Shown piece after piece: positions 1 through 8,960 of a DNA stretch of 64,000 bases. Position numbers and translations under genes: made by a program. Position 1 is the first letter of the stretch; every line of letters begins with the position of its first letter. This DNA is from Candidatus Cloacimonadota bacterium (GTDB lineage Bacteria > Cloacimonadota > Cloacimonadia > JGIOTU-2), in assembly GCA_034722995.1 (NCBI GenBank), contig JAYEOL010000022.1, positions 4,859 through 68,858 on the forward strand, in the 5' to 3' direction. The notes under the pieces were generated by a model that saw only the letters and a program-made list of their open reading frames with translations, did no database searches and was not told where the DNA came from.

Positions 1-287
1 TTGTCCTTGGAAATTTAATTTCTCCCCTTAATGGAATAGGACCAAAGCAAATTAATTTCCCGAAATTACAAAAGATAATAAGTCAAGGTGATATTACTGA
101 ATTGATTTTAGCACTTAATCCAAGCAGTAATGGTGAAACTACAATGTCATTCATCACATCAGAACTTAATGGCAAGAACCTAAAAATCACCAGATTAGCA
201 ACAGGACTTCCTATTGGTGGAGATATTGAGTTTATCAGCTCAAAAACCTTAGCAAGCGCAATTAAAAATAGAAATGAAATAAAATAG
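1..287 (+). CDS. recR: Recombination protein RecR, 3' portion; the 5' end lies outside the window. Translation from base 3 gives ...GIGPKQ...ELILALNPSSNGETT...ITRLATGLPIGGDIEFISSKTLASAIKNR.
   Basis: Toprim/C-terminal RecR motifs (LALNP..EGE.T, ITRLA.G.P.GG..E) read directly from the translation. Confidence 0.85.
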   Translation, partial: VLGNLISPLNGIGPKQINFPKLQKIISQGDITELILALNPSSNGETTMSFITSELNGKNLKITRLATGLPIGGDIEFISSKTLASAIKNRNEIK

Positions 288-329
288 AAATTACTATTTT
301 GAATTTAACGACAGAATGGAGATTATGTT

Positions 330-890
330 ATGGCATCAACAGCAGATTTCCGAAATGGAATGATAATTAATTTCAAAAACGATTTATATGAAATTGTAGA
401 ATTCTTACATGTAAAACCAGGGAAAGGTGGAGCATTTGTAAGAACAAAACTCAAAAATGTCAAAACTGGAGCTGTGATTGATAATACATTTCGTGCAGGA
501 GAAAAAATGGAAGAAATCCGTCTTGAAAAGCATAAGATGGAATATCTTTATTTTGATGGAAGTAATTATGTCATTATGAATCCTGTTACATACGAGCAAA
601 TTGAGATAGCAGAAGATTTCTTGGGAGATAAAAAGTTGTATTTTAAAGAAAATATAGAAATTGCTGTTTTAACAATTGGTGATGAGATAATCAGTGTTGA
701 ATTACCTACTACTGTAAACCTGAAAGTAACTGAATGTGAACCAGGAGTAAAGGGTGATACGGTTTCGAGGTCTACAAAAGGTGCATTATTGGAAACAGGT
801 TTGAAAGTTAATGTTCCAATGTTTGTAAATCAAGGGGATGTTGTAAAAATAGATACTCGTACAGGAGAATACATAGAGAGGGTTAAGTAA
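330..890 (+). CDS. efp: Elongation factor P
   Basis: 186 aa. N-terminal FRNGM...KPGKGGAFVRTKLKN.KTG and the overall length match EF-P. Confidence 0.9.
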   Translation: MASTADFRNGMIINFKNDLYEIVEFLHVKPGKGGAFVRTKLKNVKTGAVIDNTFRAGEKMEEIRLEKHKMEYLYFDGSNYVIMNPVTYEQIEIAEDFLGDKKLYFKENIEIAVLTIGDEIISVELPTTVNLKVTECEPGVKGDTVSRSTKGALLETGLKVNVPMFVNQGDVVKIDTRTGEYIERVK

Positions 891-895
891 TTATT

Positions 896-1411
896 ATGAA
901 TTCAGTTCTTGAACCAAAATATTGTATCAAATGCGGAAGCCTTCTAAAAGATAAAAAAGAAGGAGACATAACAAGAAAATGGTGTCCTGATTGTGGATGG
1001 ACATATTATGAGAATCCTGTTCCTGCTTCTGCTTGCGTTGTCCTGAATGAGAAGAATGAGATTTTGCTTATAAAAAGAAAAGTTGAACCTTCTGCCGGCA
1101 AATGGGCGCTTCCAAGTGGTTATGTTGAGATTAATCAGAATCCTGCAGAATGCTCTGTTGCAGAATTAGAAGAAGAAACTGGATTAAAAGGCAAAATCAA
1201 AAAATCATTGGGATATTTTGTGCAAGAATCTCCCATTTGTAAAAGAGTTATCTCTTTTGGATTTTATTTAGAAAAAATAGGTGGAAAACTAAAGCCAGGT
1301 GATGATGCTCTTGAGGCAAAATTTTTTACTGTCTCAAAAATGCCGTATTTACCATTTTCTTCTCATAGAAGGTTTATTGAGATAATCAAAAAGGAAGAAG
1401 GAATCTTATGA
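896..1411 (+). CDS. NUDIX hydrolase with an N-terminal zinc ribbon
   Basis: CxxC...CxxC at the N-terminus. The Nudix box G..x5..E..x7..AELEEETGL is present. Confidence 0.8.
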   Translation: MNSVLEPKYCIKCGSLLKDKKEGDITRKWCPDCGWTYYENPVPASACVVLNEKNEILLIKRKVEPSAGKWALPSGYVEINQNPAECSVAELEEETGLKGKIKKSLGYFVQESPICKRVISFGFYLEKIGGKLKPGDDALEAKFFTVSKMPYLPFSSHRRFIEIIKKEEGIL

Positions 1412-1905
1412 AAGAAAAGAAAGATATTAAAGAAAATCTAAATATAGATAAAAATGAAAGTAAAAAAATTTACGATTTGCTTAGAAAGCGAGTTAGAAAA
1501 TCTGCTACTAATTATGTTGGTAAAAGGTATATAAAATTTATAGAATATGTTCTGCTTATTCCAGATTTTTTTATGCTCTTATGGAGATTGATGCTTGATA
1601 AAGAAATAGGAAAAGAGAAAAAATTATTTATTGGAGCTATCACTGCTTATGTACTCCTTCCTATTGATTTGATTCCTGATTTTATACCAGTAATTGGTTT
1701 TGTGGATGATTTGGTTCTAATTGCGATTGGCTTGAACACCATTTTTGTAAAAACAGATAAAAAGATTTTACAAAAGCATTGGAGTGGTGAAGGAGATATT
1801 TTAGAAAGGATTCAATCAATTATAAAACTTGGGAATGATATTTTGTCAAACAGAATAATTGGTAAGATAACTCGTTGGGTGAACAAAAGAGCGGGAATAA
1901 AGTAG
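1408..1905 (+). CDS. DUF1232 (YkvA-like) membrane protein
   Basis: Motif LLPIDLIPDFIPVIGFVDDLVLIAIGL. The start overlaps the previous gene by 4 nt. Confidence 0.7.
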   Translation: MKEKKDIKENLNIDKNESKKIYDLLRKRVRKSATNYVGKRYIKFIEYVLLIPDFFMLLWRLMLDKEIGKEKKLFIGAITAYVLLPIDLIPDFIPVIGFVDDLVLIAIGLNTIFVKTDKKILQKHWSGEGDILERIQSIIKLGNDILSNRIIGKITRWVNKRAGIK

Positions 1906-1929
1906 CAGTTAGCAGAAGCAGCGGCAGTA
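1901..1929. repeat. Left arm of an inverted repeat that flanks the four-helix-bundle gene cassette (agtagcagttagcagaagcagcggcagta)
   Basis: Reverse-complementary to the [GCAGTAG/GCAGTTAG]-type repeats at 2407-2437. Confidence 0.6.
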
Positions 1930-1971
1930 AAGAACGAGGTAAAAAATGTTAGGGGGCTTTGAGGATTTAAA

Positions 1972-2048
1972 GGTTTACCCCGTTGGATACTAAATTGCAT
2001 TTTAACCCATATTTATAGTAAAGAATTCTATATCCAACGGGGTAAACC
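1972..2048. mobile_element. MITE-like element, family A copy 1: perfect 18-bp terminal inverted repeats ggtttaccccgttggata / tatccaacggggtaaacc
   Basis: Read directly; 77 bp; sits in the 5' leader of the four-helix-bundle gene. Confidence 0.6.
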
Positions 2049-2050
2049 AA

Positions 2051-2389
2051 ATGGCTTATGAGTTAGCTATGGAAATTTTTAATATATCAAAATCATTCCC
2101 AAAAGAAGAAATTTATGCCTTAACTGACCAAATCCGGCGTTCTTCACGTTCAGTTTGTTCGAATATAGTAGAAGCTTATCGCAAAAGACGTTATCCAAAG
2201 TATTTTACTTCAAAAATTACAGATGCAGATGGAGAAGCCAGTGAGACTATAGTCTGGATAAATTTTGCAAAAGACTGTAGTTATATTTCTAAAGGTATTT
2301 ATCAAACTTTAACTAGAAGATATGGTGAAGTTGGAAAAATGTTAGGTAGCATGGCTAATCATCCTGAGCGGTTCATCCCCGATAAATAA
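2051..2389 (+). CDS. Four-helix-bundle protein of the '23S rRNA intervening sequence protein' family
   Basis: 112 aa. The translation (EIYALTDQIRRSSRSVCSNIVEAYRKRRYPKYF...) matches the IVS/four-helix-bundle family. The gene is flanked by inverted repeats (see the repeat features). Confidence 0.8.
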   Translation: MAYELAMEIFNISKSFPKEEIYALTDQIRRSSRSVCSNIVEAYRKRRYPKYFTSKITDADGEASETIVWINFAKDCSYISKGIYQTLTRRYGEVGKMLGSMANHPERFIPDK

Positions 2390-2406
2390 ATACAGCTGCC
2401 CCCCTT

Positions 2407-2437
2407 CTAACTGCTACTGCTAACTGCTACTGCTACT
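2407..2437. repeat. Right arm of the inverted repeat flanking the four-helix-bundle gene (ctaactgctactgctaactgctactgctact)
   Basis: Reverse complement of the left-arm motif. Internally a tandem CTGCTA(A)CTG repeat. Confidence 0.6.
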
Positions 2438-2509
2438 TCCATTTAATCAGTAACTTACGCTAAAGGGGAAACATTATCTTATCTTATTAATGTGTTAATA
2501 GTGAAATCT

Positions 2510-3109
2510 ATGAAATTAGTTCTTGCAACTAAAAACAAAGACAAAATACAAGAGATAAAATCCCTTTTACAAGATTTAAACATAGACATTTTAACATTCA
2601 AAGATTTTGACTCTTTTCCTGATACAATTGAAGATAAGCTAACATTAGAAGGTAATGCGGGGAAAAAAGCTCAAGCAATTTGGCAAAATTTCAAACTCCC
2701 TGTTTTGGCTGACGATACAGGTTTATTCGTTGATGCTTTAAATGGCAAACCAGGTGTATATAGCTCCAGATTTGCTGGCGAGAATGCAACATACGAACAA
2801 AATAGAGAAAAACTCCTCTATATGTTAAAGGATATCCCAAAAGAAAAACGAACAGCAACCTTTAAAACAGTTATTGTTTTTGTTGACAAAAAAGGTAGCA
2901 AATTCGTAGTTAATGGTGAATGCAAAGGTTATATTGGATTTGAAGAAAGAGGCAAAAATGGCTTCGGTTATGATTCTATTTTTTATTATGATAATGTAAA
3001 TAAAAGTTTTGCAGAACTCTCCTCAGAGGAGAAGAATAAAGTCAGTCATAGAGGTATTGCTCTCAGAAAAATAAGAAGTATAATTGAGGAAAATATTAAG
3101 AATATATAA
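2510..3109 (+). CDS. rdgB: dITP/XTP pyrophosphatase (RdgB/Ham1 family)
   Basis: MKLVLATKNKDKIQEI..., DDTGLFVDALNGKPGVYS, SHRGIALRKI. The ORF track starts at 2492, but the conserved N-terminus begins at the ATG at 2510. Confidence 0.85.
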   Translation: MKLVLATKNKDKIQEIKSLLQDLNIDILTFKDFDSFPDTIEDKLTLEGNAGKKAQAIWQNFKLPVLADDTGLFVDALNGKPGVYSSRFAGENATYEQNREKLLYMLKDIPKEKRTATFKTVIVFVDKKGSKFVVNGECKGYIGFEERGKNGFGYDSIFYYDNVNKSFAELSSEEKNKVSHRGIALRKIRSIIEENIKNI

Positions 3110-3167
3110 ACCACCAAATTATACTAAATAACAAAAAAAATTAAGTTAGAATGAGGAGAAAGGAACA

Positions 3168-4877
3168 ATGAAAAAAATAATTATATTATCCAAGTTGTTA
3201 CTAATTGCTATCATCCTATTTTCTTTCAGTCTTGCAATAGCAGAGATAATCAATGTACCTAATGACCAGCCGACAATACAAGATGGAATTGATATTGCAG
3301 ATAATTGCGATACAGTTTTAGTTCAACCTGGCACCTATGTAGAAAACATTAATTATAACGGGAAGAACATCACAGTTGGCTCATTATTCCTAACAACCCA
3401 GGATACAATCTATATTTCACAAACCATTATTGATGGTAACGAGGATGGACATGTGGTAGAATTTAGCGGTGGGGAGGATTCAACAGCAATTTTAGCCGGT
3501 TTTATAATTACAAATGGATTTGCTTTAAGAGGTGGTGGGATTTTATGTATACTTTCTTCCAGTCCAAGTTTAACAAATGTAGCTATTATTGAAAATACTG
3601 CTGTACAACATGGTGGTGGGATTTACTGTATTTGTAGTTCTAGCCCAAGTTTAAATAATGTTATAATAGGTGGCAATACTGCTGTTAACGGTAATGGTGG
3701 TGGAGTTTTCTGTTGGGATAATTCTAATCCTATTTTAGGTGATGTTACTATAAGTGGAAATACTGCTGATTGGTATGGTAGTGGTTTTTACTGTAGTGAG
3801 TCAAATCCAATTTTAATCGATGTTACTATCATTGGAAATGCAGGTTATAGTGGTGGAATTTGCTGCTTTTCAAATTCCAATCTCAGTTTAACCAACGTTA
3901 CCATTATAGGAAATGCTGGTTTATATGGTGGTGGCGTTATTTGTGATAATAATTCCAGTCCGAGTTTTACAAATGTTACGATCAGTGAAAATGCTGCAGA
4001 ATATGATGGTGGTGGGATTTTCTGTTGGGATAATTCCAGTCCCATATTGAGCAATGTTACAATCAGTAAAAATACTGCTGAATATGATGGTGGTGGTATC
4101 TACTGTAGAGATTCAAGTCCGATGTTAACCAATGTCACAGTCAGTGGTAATACTGCTTATTATGGGGGTGGGCTCTACTGTGTTAATTCATCTCCCAGTT
4201 TAGTAAATTGTATTCTATGGAATGATACTCCCCAAGAAATCTATGTATATTCTGGAAATGTTTTTTCAACTTATTCAGATATTCAAGGTGGCTGGACTGG
4301 TGAAGGCAACATAGACGCAGACCCATTATTTGCTGACCCGGAAAATGGAGATTTCCATTTAACATGGGCGAACTTTCCAATACAAGATTCTACTATGTCT
4401 CCTTGTATAGATGCTGGTAATCCTGATACAACTGGGCTTAATCTACCACCCTTTGATTTAGATGGAAATCCAAGAATAGTGAATGAAATAATAGATATGG
4501 GTGCTTATGAATGGCAAAAGCAAGTTGGAGTAGATGGGTTTGATGAATCTTCAATAGCTACTGGATTATTCCAGAACTATCCTAATCCATTTAGTACTTC
4601 GACAACTATTTCATTTAATCTAGCCACGAGGTTACACAAATTCCCCCCATTAGATAGCAAGCATCTAACGGGGCAGGCACGAATAAAGATCTATAATGTA
4701 AAAGGACAATTAATTAAGCAATTGTTCCCGATTGCTATCGGGATAAATAATAAATCGTCAATCGAATGGGATGGAAAAGATGAGAATGGTAATCCATTAA
4801 GTTCAGGAATTTATTTCTATAAATTGGAAGTTGGAGATAAAATTATTGACATTAAGAAGTGCCTTTTGTTGAAATAG
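3168..4877 (+). CDS. Secreted protein with right-handed beta-helix repeats and a T9SS C-terminal sorting domain
   Basis: Signal peptide. Many NVTI.GN.A..GGGI.C repeats. C-terminal YQNYPNPF...IYNVKGQLI...GIYFYKL, a type-A T9SS sorting domain. Confidence 0.8.
   Translation: MKKIIILSKLLLIAIILFSFSLAIAEIINVPNDQPTIQDGIDIADNCDTVLVQPGTYVENINYNGKNITVGSLFLTTQDTIYISQTIIDGNEDGHVVEFSGGEDSTAILAGFIITNGFALRGGGILCILSSSPSLTNVAIIENTAVQHGGGIYCICSSSPSLNNVIIGGNTAVNGNGGGVFCWDNSNPILGDVTISGNTADWYGSGFYCSESNPILIDVTIIGNAGYSGGICCFSNSNLSLTNVTIIGNAGLYGGGVICDNNSSPSFTNVTISENAAEYDGGGIFCWDNSSPILSNVTISKNTAEYDGGGIYCRDSSPMLTNVTVSGNTAYYGGGLYCVNSSPSLVNCILWNDTPQEIYVYSGNVFSTYSDIQGGWTGEGNIDADPLFADPENGDFHLTWANFPIQDSTMSPCIDAGNPDTTGLNLPPFDLDGNPRIVNEIIDMGAYEWQKQVGVDGFDESSIATGLFQNYPNPFSTSTTISFNLATRLHKFPPLDSKHLTGQARIKIYNVKGQLIKQLFPIAIGINNKSSIEWDGKDENGNPLSSGIYFYKLEVGDKIIDIKKCLLLK
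4645..4673 (+). repeat. Imperfect palindrome ccccattagat-agcaagc-atctaacgggg inside the T9SS CTD coding sequence of the beta-helix protein
   Basis: 10 of 11 stem positions pair. It sits where this CTD has about 11 extra residues (TRLHKFPPLDSKHLTGQAR) relative to the other two CTDs in the window. Confidence 0.55.
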
Positions 4878-4929
4878 TTGTGAAATGTTAAATAAGAGAT
4901 ATAAACAACATCATAAAAATGAAAATATT

Positions 4930-5101
4930 TAGTGTCTGTCCGTAAGGTCATTGTTTGTAGAACGACCTTTCCGTCTGGGCGCCGAGACTGACCAAGGTCG
5001 TTAATGTAAATAGGCTTTTCATGCCAAAGGCAGATTCCACGGAAAATGTGCCTTAAGAAAACGAGCTTAGAACCTCGTTCTACATTTACGGACAGACACT
5101 A
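4930..5101. mobile_element. 172-bp hairpin element bounded by perfect 16-bp TIRs (tagtgtctgtccgtaa / ttacggacagacacta), GC-richer than its surroundings
   Basis: TIRs read directly. Internal secondary IRs (gtagaacga / tcgttctac). Lies between the T9SS gene and pmm. Confidence 0.6.
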
Positions 5102-5162
5102 TTTAATAAGAATTATAGATTTTTGTGAAATTTTATGGCAAAGTTGATTCATTGGAGGTAAA

Positions 5163-6518
5163 ATGCTTAATCAACAGATATTCCGCGAATATGATATCAG
5201 GGGAGTGGTTGATAAGGACTTAACAGATATTGTTGTCGAAGACATTGCTTTGAGTTTTGGTACTTATATTCGAAACAAGGATTTAAAGAGCATTGCCCTT
5301 GGTAGTGATTGCCGTTTAAGTTCTGATAGATTTCGCCAGATATTCTCTAATGCATTGCTAAAAACCGGCTGTGATGTGGTTGATGTAGGCACTGTACCAA
5401 CTCCTGTTCTCTACTTTGCAATTGAACATCTAAAAACTGATGGTGGAGTAATGATTACTGGAAGTCATAATCCGCCAGAGTTCAATGGATTCAAACTTTG
5501 TGTTGGAACTTTCTCAATTTACGGAAAAGAGATACAAAAAATAAGAGAAATTATTGAAGATGGAGTATATATTGCTGGAAATGGAAAATGTAAACAATAT
5601 AAAAAAGTAATTCAAGATTATCAGAATTATTTAGTTAATAATTTGAATTTGAAAAGAAAATTGAAGGTTGTGGTAGACTCTGGAAATGCCACGGCAGGTC
5701 CAGTTGCTCCGAAACTATTTGAAAGATTGGGATGTGAAGTTATATCTTTATATGAAGACATGGATGGAAATTTTCCCAATCATCACCCTGACCCCACTAT
5801 TCCTGAATATTTGGAAGACCTGATTTTAACCGTGAAGTCTAAAAATGCCGATACAGGTATAGCATTTGATGGCGACGCTGACCGTATTGGTGTAGTTGAT
5901 GAAAATGGTAATATTATCTGGGGAGACCAATTATTGATGATATTTGCCAGAGATGTTTTGGAAACAAATTCCGGGTCAATAATTATTTCTGAAGTTAAAT
6001 CATCTAAGAATCTATATGATGATATTAGCAAACATGATGGTATCCCAATTATGTGGAAAACAGGACATTCGCTAATCAAGCAGAAGATGAAAGAAGAAGG
6101 AGCTTTACTTGGTGGTGAGATGAGTGGTCATATGTTTTTTGCTGATAGATATTTCGGATTTGATGATGCAATCTATGCAGCAGGTAGGCTTATGGAAATA
6201 CTTTCTAAATCTGATTCAAAACTAAGTGAATTACTTGCAGATGTTCCTGAAACATATAATACTCCAGAAATTAGAATTGATTGTCCTGATGAGATAAAAT
6301 TTGAAGTTGTGGAACAAGTAAAAAGTTATTTCTCAAAAAAGAATTATGATATAAACGATATTGATGGAATGCGTATAACTTTTGATGATGGCTGGGCACT
6401 CGTGCGTGCATCAAATACTCAACCGGCTTTGGTCTTAAGATTTGAGAGCACCTCCCAGGAAAGATTAAATGAAATTCAAAAAATGATTACTGAAAAAGTG
6501 CAGGAGTTTATTAAATAG
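5163..6518 (+). CDS. Phosphomannomutase/phosphoglucomutase (alpha-D-phosphohexomutase family)
   Basis: Active-site TGSHNPPEFNGFK, sugar-binding GGEMSGH; 451 aa. Confidence 0.85.
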   Translation: MLNQQIFREYDIRGVVDKDLTDIVVEDIALSFGTYIRNKDLKSIALGSDCRLSSDRFRQIFSNALLKTGCDVVDVGTVPTPVLYFAIEHLKTDGGVMITGSHNPPEFNGFKLCVGTFSIYGKEIQKIREIIEDGVYIAGNGKCKQYKKVIQDYQNYLVNNLNLKRKLKVVVDSGNATAGPVAPKLFERLGCEVISLYEDMDGNFPNHHPDPTIPEYLEDLILTVKSKNADTGIAFDGDADRIGVVDENGNIIWGDQLLMIFARDVLETNSGSIIISEVKSSKNLYDDISKHDGIPIMWKTGHSLIKQKMKEEGALLGGEMSGHMFFADRYFGFDDAIYAAGRLMEILSKSDSKLSELLADVPETYNTPEIRIDCPDEIKFEVVEQVKSYFSKKNYDINDIDGMRITFDDGWALVRASNTQPALVLRFESTSQERLNEIQKMITEKVQEFIK

Positions 6519-6740
6519 AAATCAACAATAGCGTTTGTTACTTTTATTATAAACGATGAATCCTAAAACAGGAAAATAAGTAAAAGGTGATTATTCTTAT
6601 TTAGGGTTATAAGAATAAATCTTGATATTTAAAATACTATTCTACAATCTATAAAAGGTTGTTCAAAACAACCAATCCAAGTGAAATAGAAAAACAGATT
6701 TCACGGGACAGGAATAATAACTAAAAACTTGGAGGATAAC

Positions 6741-8726
6741 ATGAAGAGACAAAATTTAAATGCTAATTTATCTGAGACATACAAGCAATTTGGTATGTTA
6801 AAATGGAAAATTCTATATTTATTCTTGGTTGCCTTATTATTATCAACACAGCTTTTTGCAGAAAATTGGATGCAACTTTATCCAGAAATTGATGGTCCAG
6901 TTGCTGATATGGAATTTTCAGAAATCCCTGGTATTTCTGAATATGGTTTGATTTTTGCTATTGCTGATAGCGGTGGAGGATTAGGATATTTTGATAGTCC
7001 TGGAAACTTTAGTATCTTTAATATTGCGACAAATCTGGGAGCAGTTTCTGTTGCACCTGATAATGCAAACAACCGTATTTTCTGTGCTTTTGGCTGTGGA
7101 AGTTATAGTGATGGACTCTATGAATTTGATGTTGCTACACATCAATTTGAACTAATAGAATGGGCTTTTAATCCAAATTTTGTAGAAAAACTTGCATCAG
7201 GATATTACTTTGGCTTTGGATGGGATTGGTTCGGAGGATTGTTTCATTCTGTTGATGGAGATAACTGGGCAAGCATTGATTATTTTAACAATAAAGTGGT
7301 AAGAGATATTGAAGAGACAAGTGATGGCACTCTCTTTGTTGCAGCGGGAAATGAAATTTGTATTGCAAACGATACTACTTTTAGCTCATTTGATACTGAT
7401 TTGCCAGTAAATGATATTTATGTTTGCCATTACCCAACAGAAGAGGTTTTTATTGCTTGTGGAGATGGCACTGATTCTGATGGAATTTATAAAGTAGAAT
7501 ATGAAGATGGAGAGATTACAGGGCTTACTTTGATAAACTGGGCAATTTATCCGAATGAAATTTATGAGTATACAGATTGGCTTGTAGTTGGATGTTTAAA
7601 TTCAGAGGGTCTCTGGCTTGTAGAACCAGTAGAAATGGGTGAAATACATCAAATAGGCACAGAACTTGATTTTGAGGATGTTTACTGTTTTGAAACATAT
7701 CCGATATATTGTCACAACATTATGGTTGGCACTGACAATGGAGTTTATTTAGGAACAAATTTGGAACCTGGTCCTTGTAATATTTCTGTATTTGAAGCAC
7801 ATTGGAATAGTTCGGATAATGTGTCAATTATTCATTGGCGAACTGAATCTGAAACAGATGTTATTGGTTTTTATATCTATCGTAATGATGAGCCTGATTT
7901 TAGCACAGCAGAACTAATTTCTGGTTTAATCCCCGGTCATGGCACTACAACAGAACCCCATGATTATTATTTTATAGATGTTGGCATAGTACCATATCCA
8001 ATGGATGAATATTGGTATTGGCTGGAAAGTGTAGATTTTGGTGGAGAATTCCATATTTATGGACCAACCAATTTACTCATTCCAAATTGTGTCCTTTCTA
8101 TTTTTGTTGCACAATATTTAGATAATACTCCAACTCTTTATTGGATAACACAATCAGAGACAGATAATTTAGGCTGGAATATTTATCGTTCAATAAATGA
8201 TGGTTTGTTTGCCAGTGCAGAGATGATAAATATTGGGTTGATTCCTGGCTATGGCACAACAACTGAACCACATAGTTATATTTATGAAGATCCGGATTTG
8301 GAAGCCAATTCAGGAGATATTATTTGGTATTGGCTGGAGAGTATAGATTTTGGTGGAGTATCTTATATTTATTATCCACCTGCAAGTCTGGTCATTCCGG
8401 AGATTGGTATTGATGAGAGACCTGCACACTCATCAGGTGTTGTATTATATCAGAATTTTCCCAATCCGTTTAGTCCCCGATTTAATCGGGGATCAACCAT
8501 GATTTCTTTCAATTTAGCCACAAAATCACACAAAAAAGCACTAATAAAAATTTACAATGTCAAAGGACAGATTGTAAAACAATTGTCAATAGTCAATTGT
8601 CAATCGTCAATTGAATGGGATGGAAAAGATGAAAATGGCAAACTACTTTCTAATGGAATTTATTTCTACAGATTGACAGTTGACGATAAGATTATTGATA
8701 CAAAAAAATGTGTGATTTTGAGATAA
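6741..8726 (+). CDS. Secreted T9SS cargo protein with two tandem repeats of about 100 aa
   Basis: GGAGGA RBS immediately before the ATG at 6741 (the track start at 6729 is TTG). Internal repeats ETD..G..IYR...GLIPG.GTTTEPH...WYWLES.DFGG. C-terminal YQNFPNPF...IYNVKGQIV...GIYFYRL. Confidence 0.75.
   Translation: MKRQNLNANLSETYKQFGMLKWKILYLFLVALLLSTQLFAENWMQLYPEIDGPVADMEFSEIPGISEYGLIFAIADSGGGLGYFDSPGNFSIFNIATNLGAVSVAPDNANNRIFCAFGCGSYSDGLYEFDVATHQFELIEWAFNPNFVEKLASGYYFGFGWDWFGGLFHSVDGDNWASIDYFNNKVVRDIEETSDGTLFVAAGNEICIANDTTFSSFDTDLPVNDIYVCHYPTEEVFIACGDGTDSDGIYKVEYEDGEITGLTLINWAIYPNEIYEYTDWLVVGCLNSEGLWLVEPVEMGEIHQIGTELDFEDVYCFETYPIYCHNIMVGTDNGVYLGTNLEPGPCNISVFEAHWNSSDNVSIIHWRTESETDVIGFYIYRNDEPDFSTAELISGLIPGHGTTTEPHDYYFIDVGIVPYPMDEYWYWLESVDFGGEFHIYGPTNLLIPNCVLSIFVAQYLDNTPTLYWITQSETDNLGWNIYRSINDGLFASAEMINIGLIPGYGTTTEPHSYIYEDPDLEANSGDIIWYWLESIDFGGVSYIYYPPASLVIPEIGIDERPAHSSGVVLYQNFPNPFSPRFNRGSTMISFNLATKSHKKALIKIYNVKGQIVKQLSIVNCQSSIEWDGKDENGKLLSNGIYFYRLTVDDKIIDTKKCVILR
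8474..8492 (+). repeat. 19-nt palindrome tccccgatt-t-aatcgggga inside the T9SS CTD coding sequence (encodes the extra peptide PRFNRGS)
   Basis: A near-identical copy, tccccgatttactcgggga, lies in non-coding DNA at 46350-46368. Confidence 0.7.
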
Positions 8727-8749
8727 TATTTTGGAGTGTGAAAAATATT

Positions 8750-8777
8750 GCGAGAATATAAATATTCTCGCTTTACC
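8750..8777 (+). terminator. Rho-independent terminator of the T9SS cargo gene
   Basis: gcgagaatat-aa-atattctcgc hairpin followed by ttta. Confidence 0.6.
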
Positions 8778-8843
8778 CCGTATGATAATAAGTAGATTAG
8801 AATAAGTTTTACTTGTAATTTATAATGTATCTTACGGGGTAAA
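8772..8843. mobile_element. MITE-like element, family A copy 2: TIRs tttaccccgtatgata / tatcttacggggtaaa (15/16 complementary)
   Basis: Same TIR consensus TTTACCCCGTNNGATA as copy 1, different internal sequence; lies directly after a terminator. Confidence 0.55.
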
Positions 8844-8960
8844 TCAATAAAAGAATGCTAAAGCATCCTATTTGAAATATCATTTAAAATCATTAATGAT
8901 GCTTTCCTTGATTTAGTGTGATAGTTTACTTCAACTAATTTAGAAAGGATAAAAATCCTT

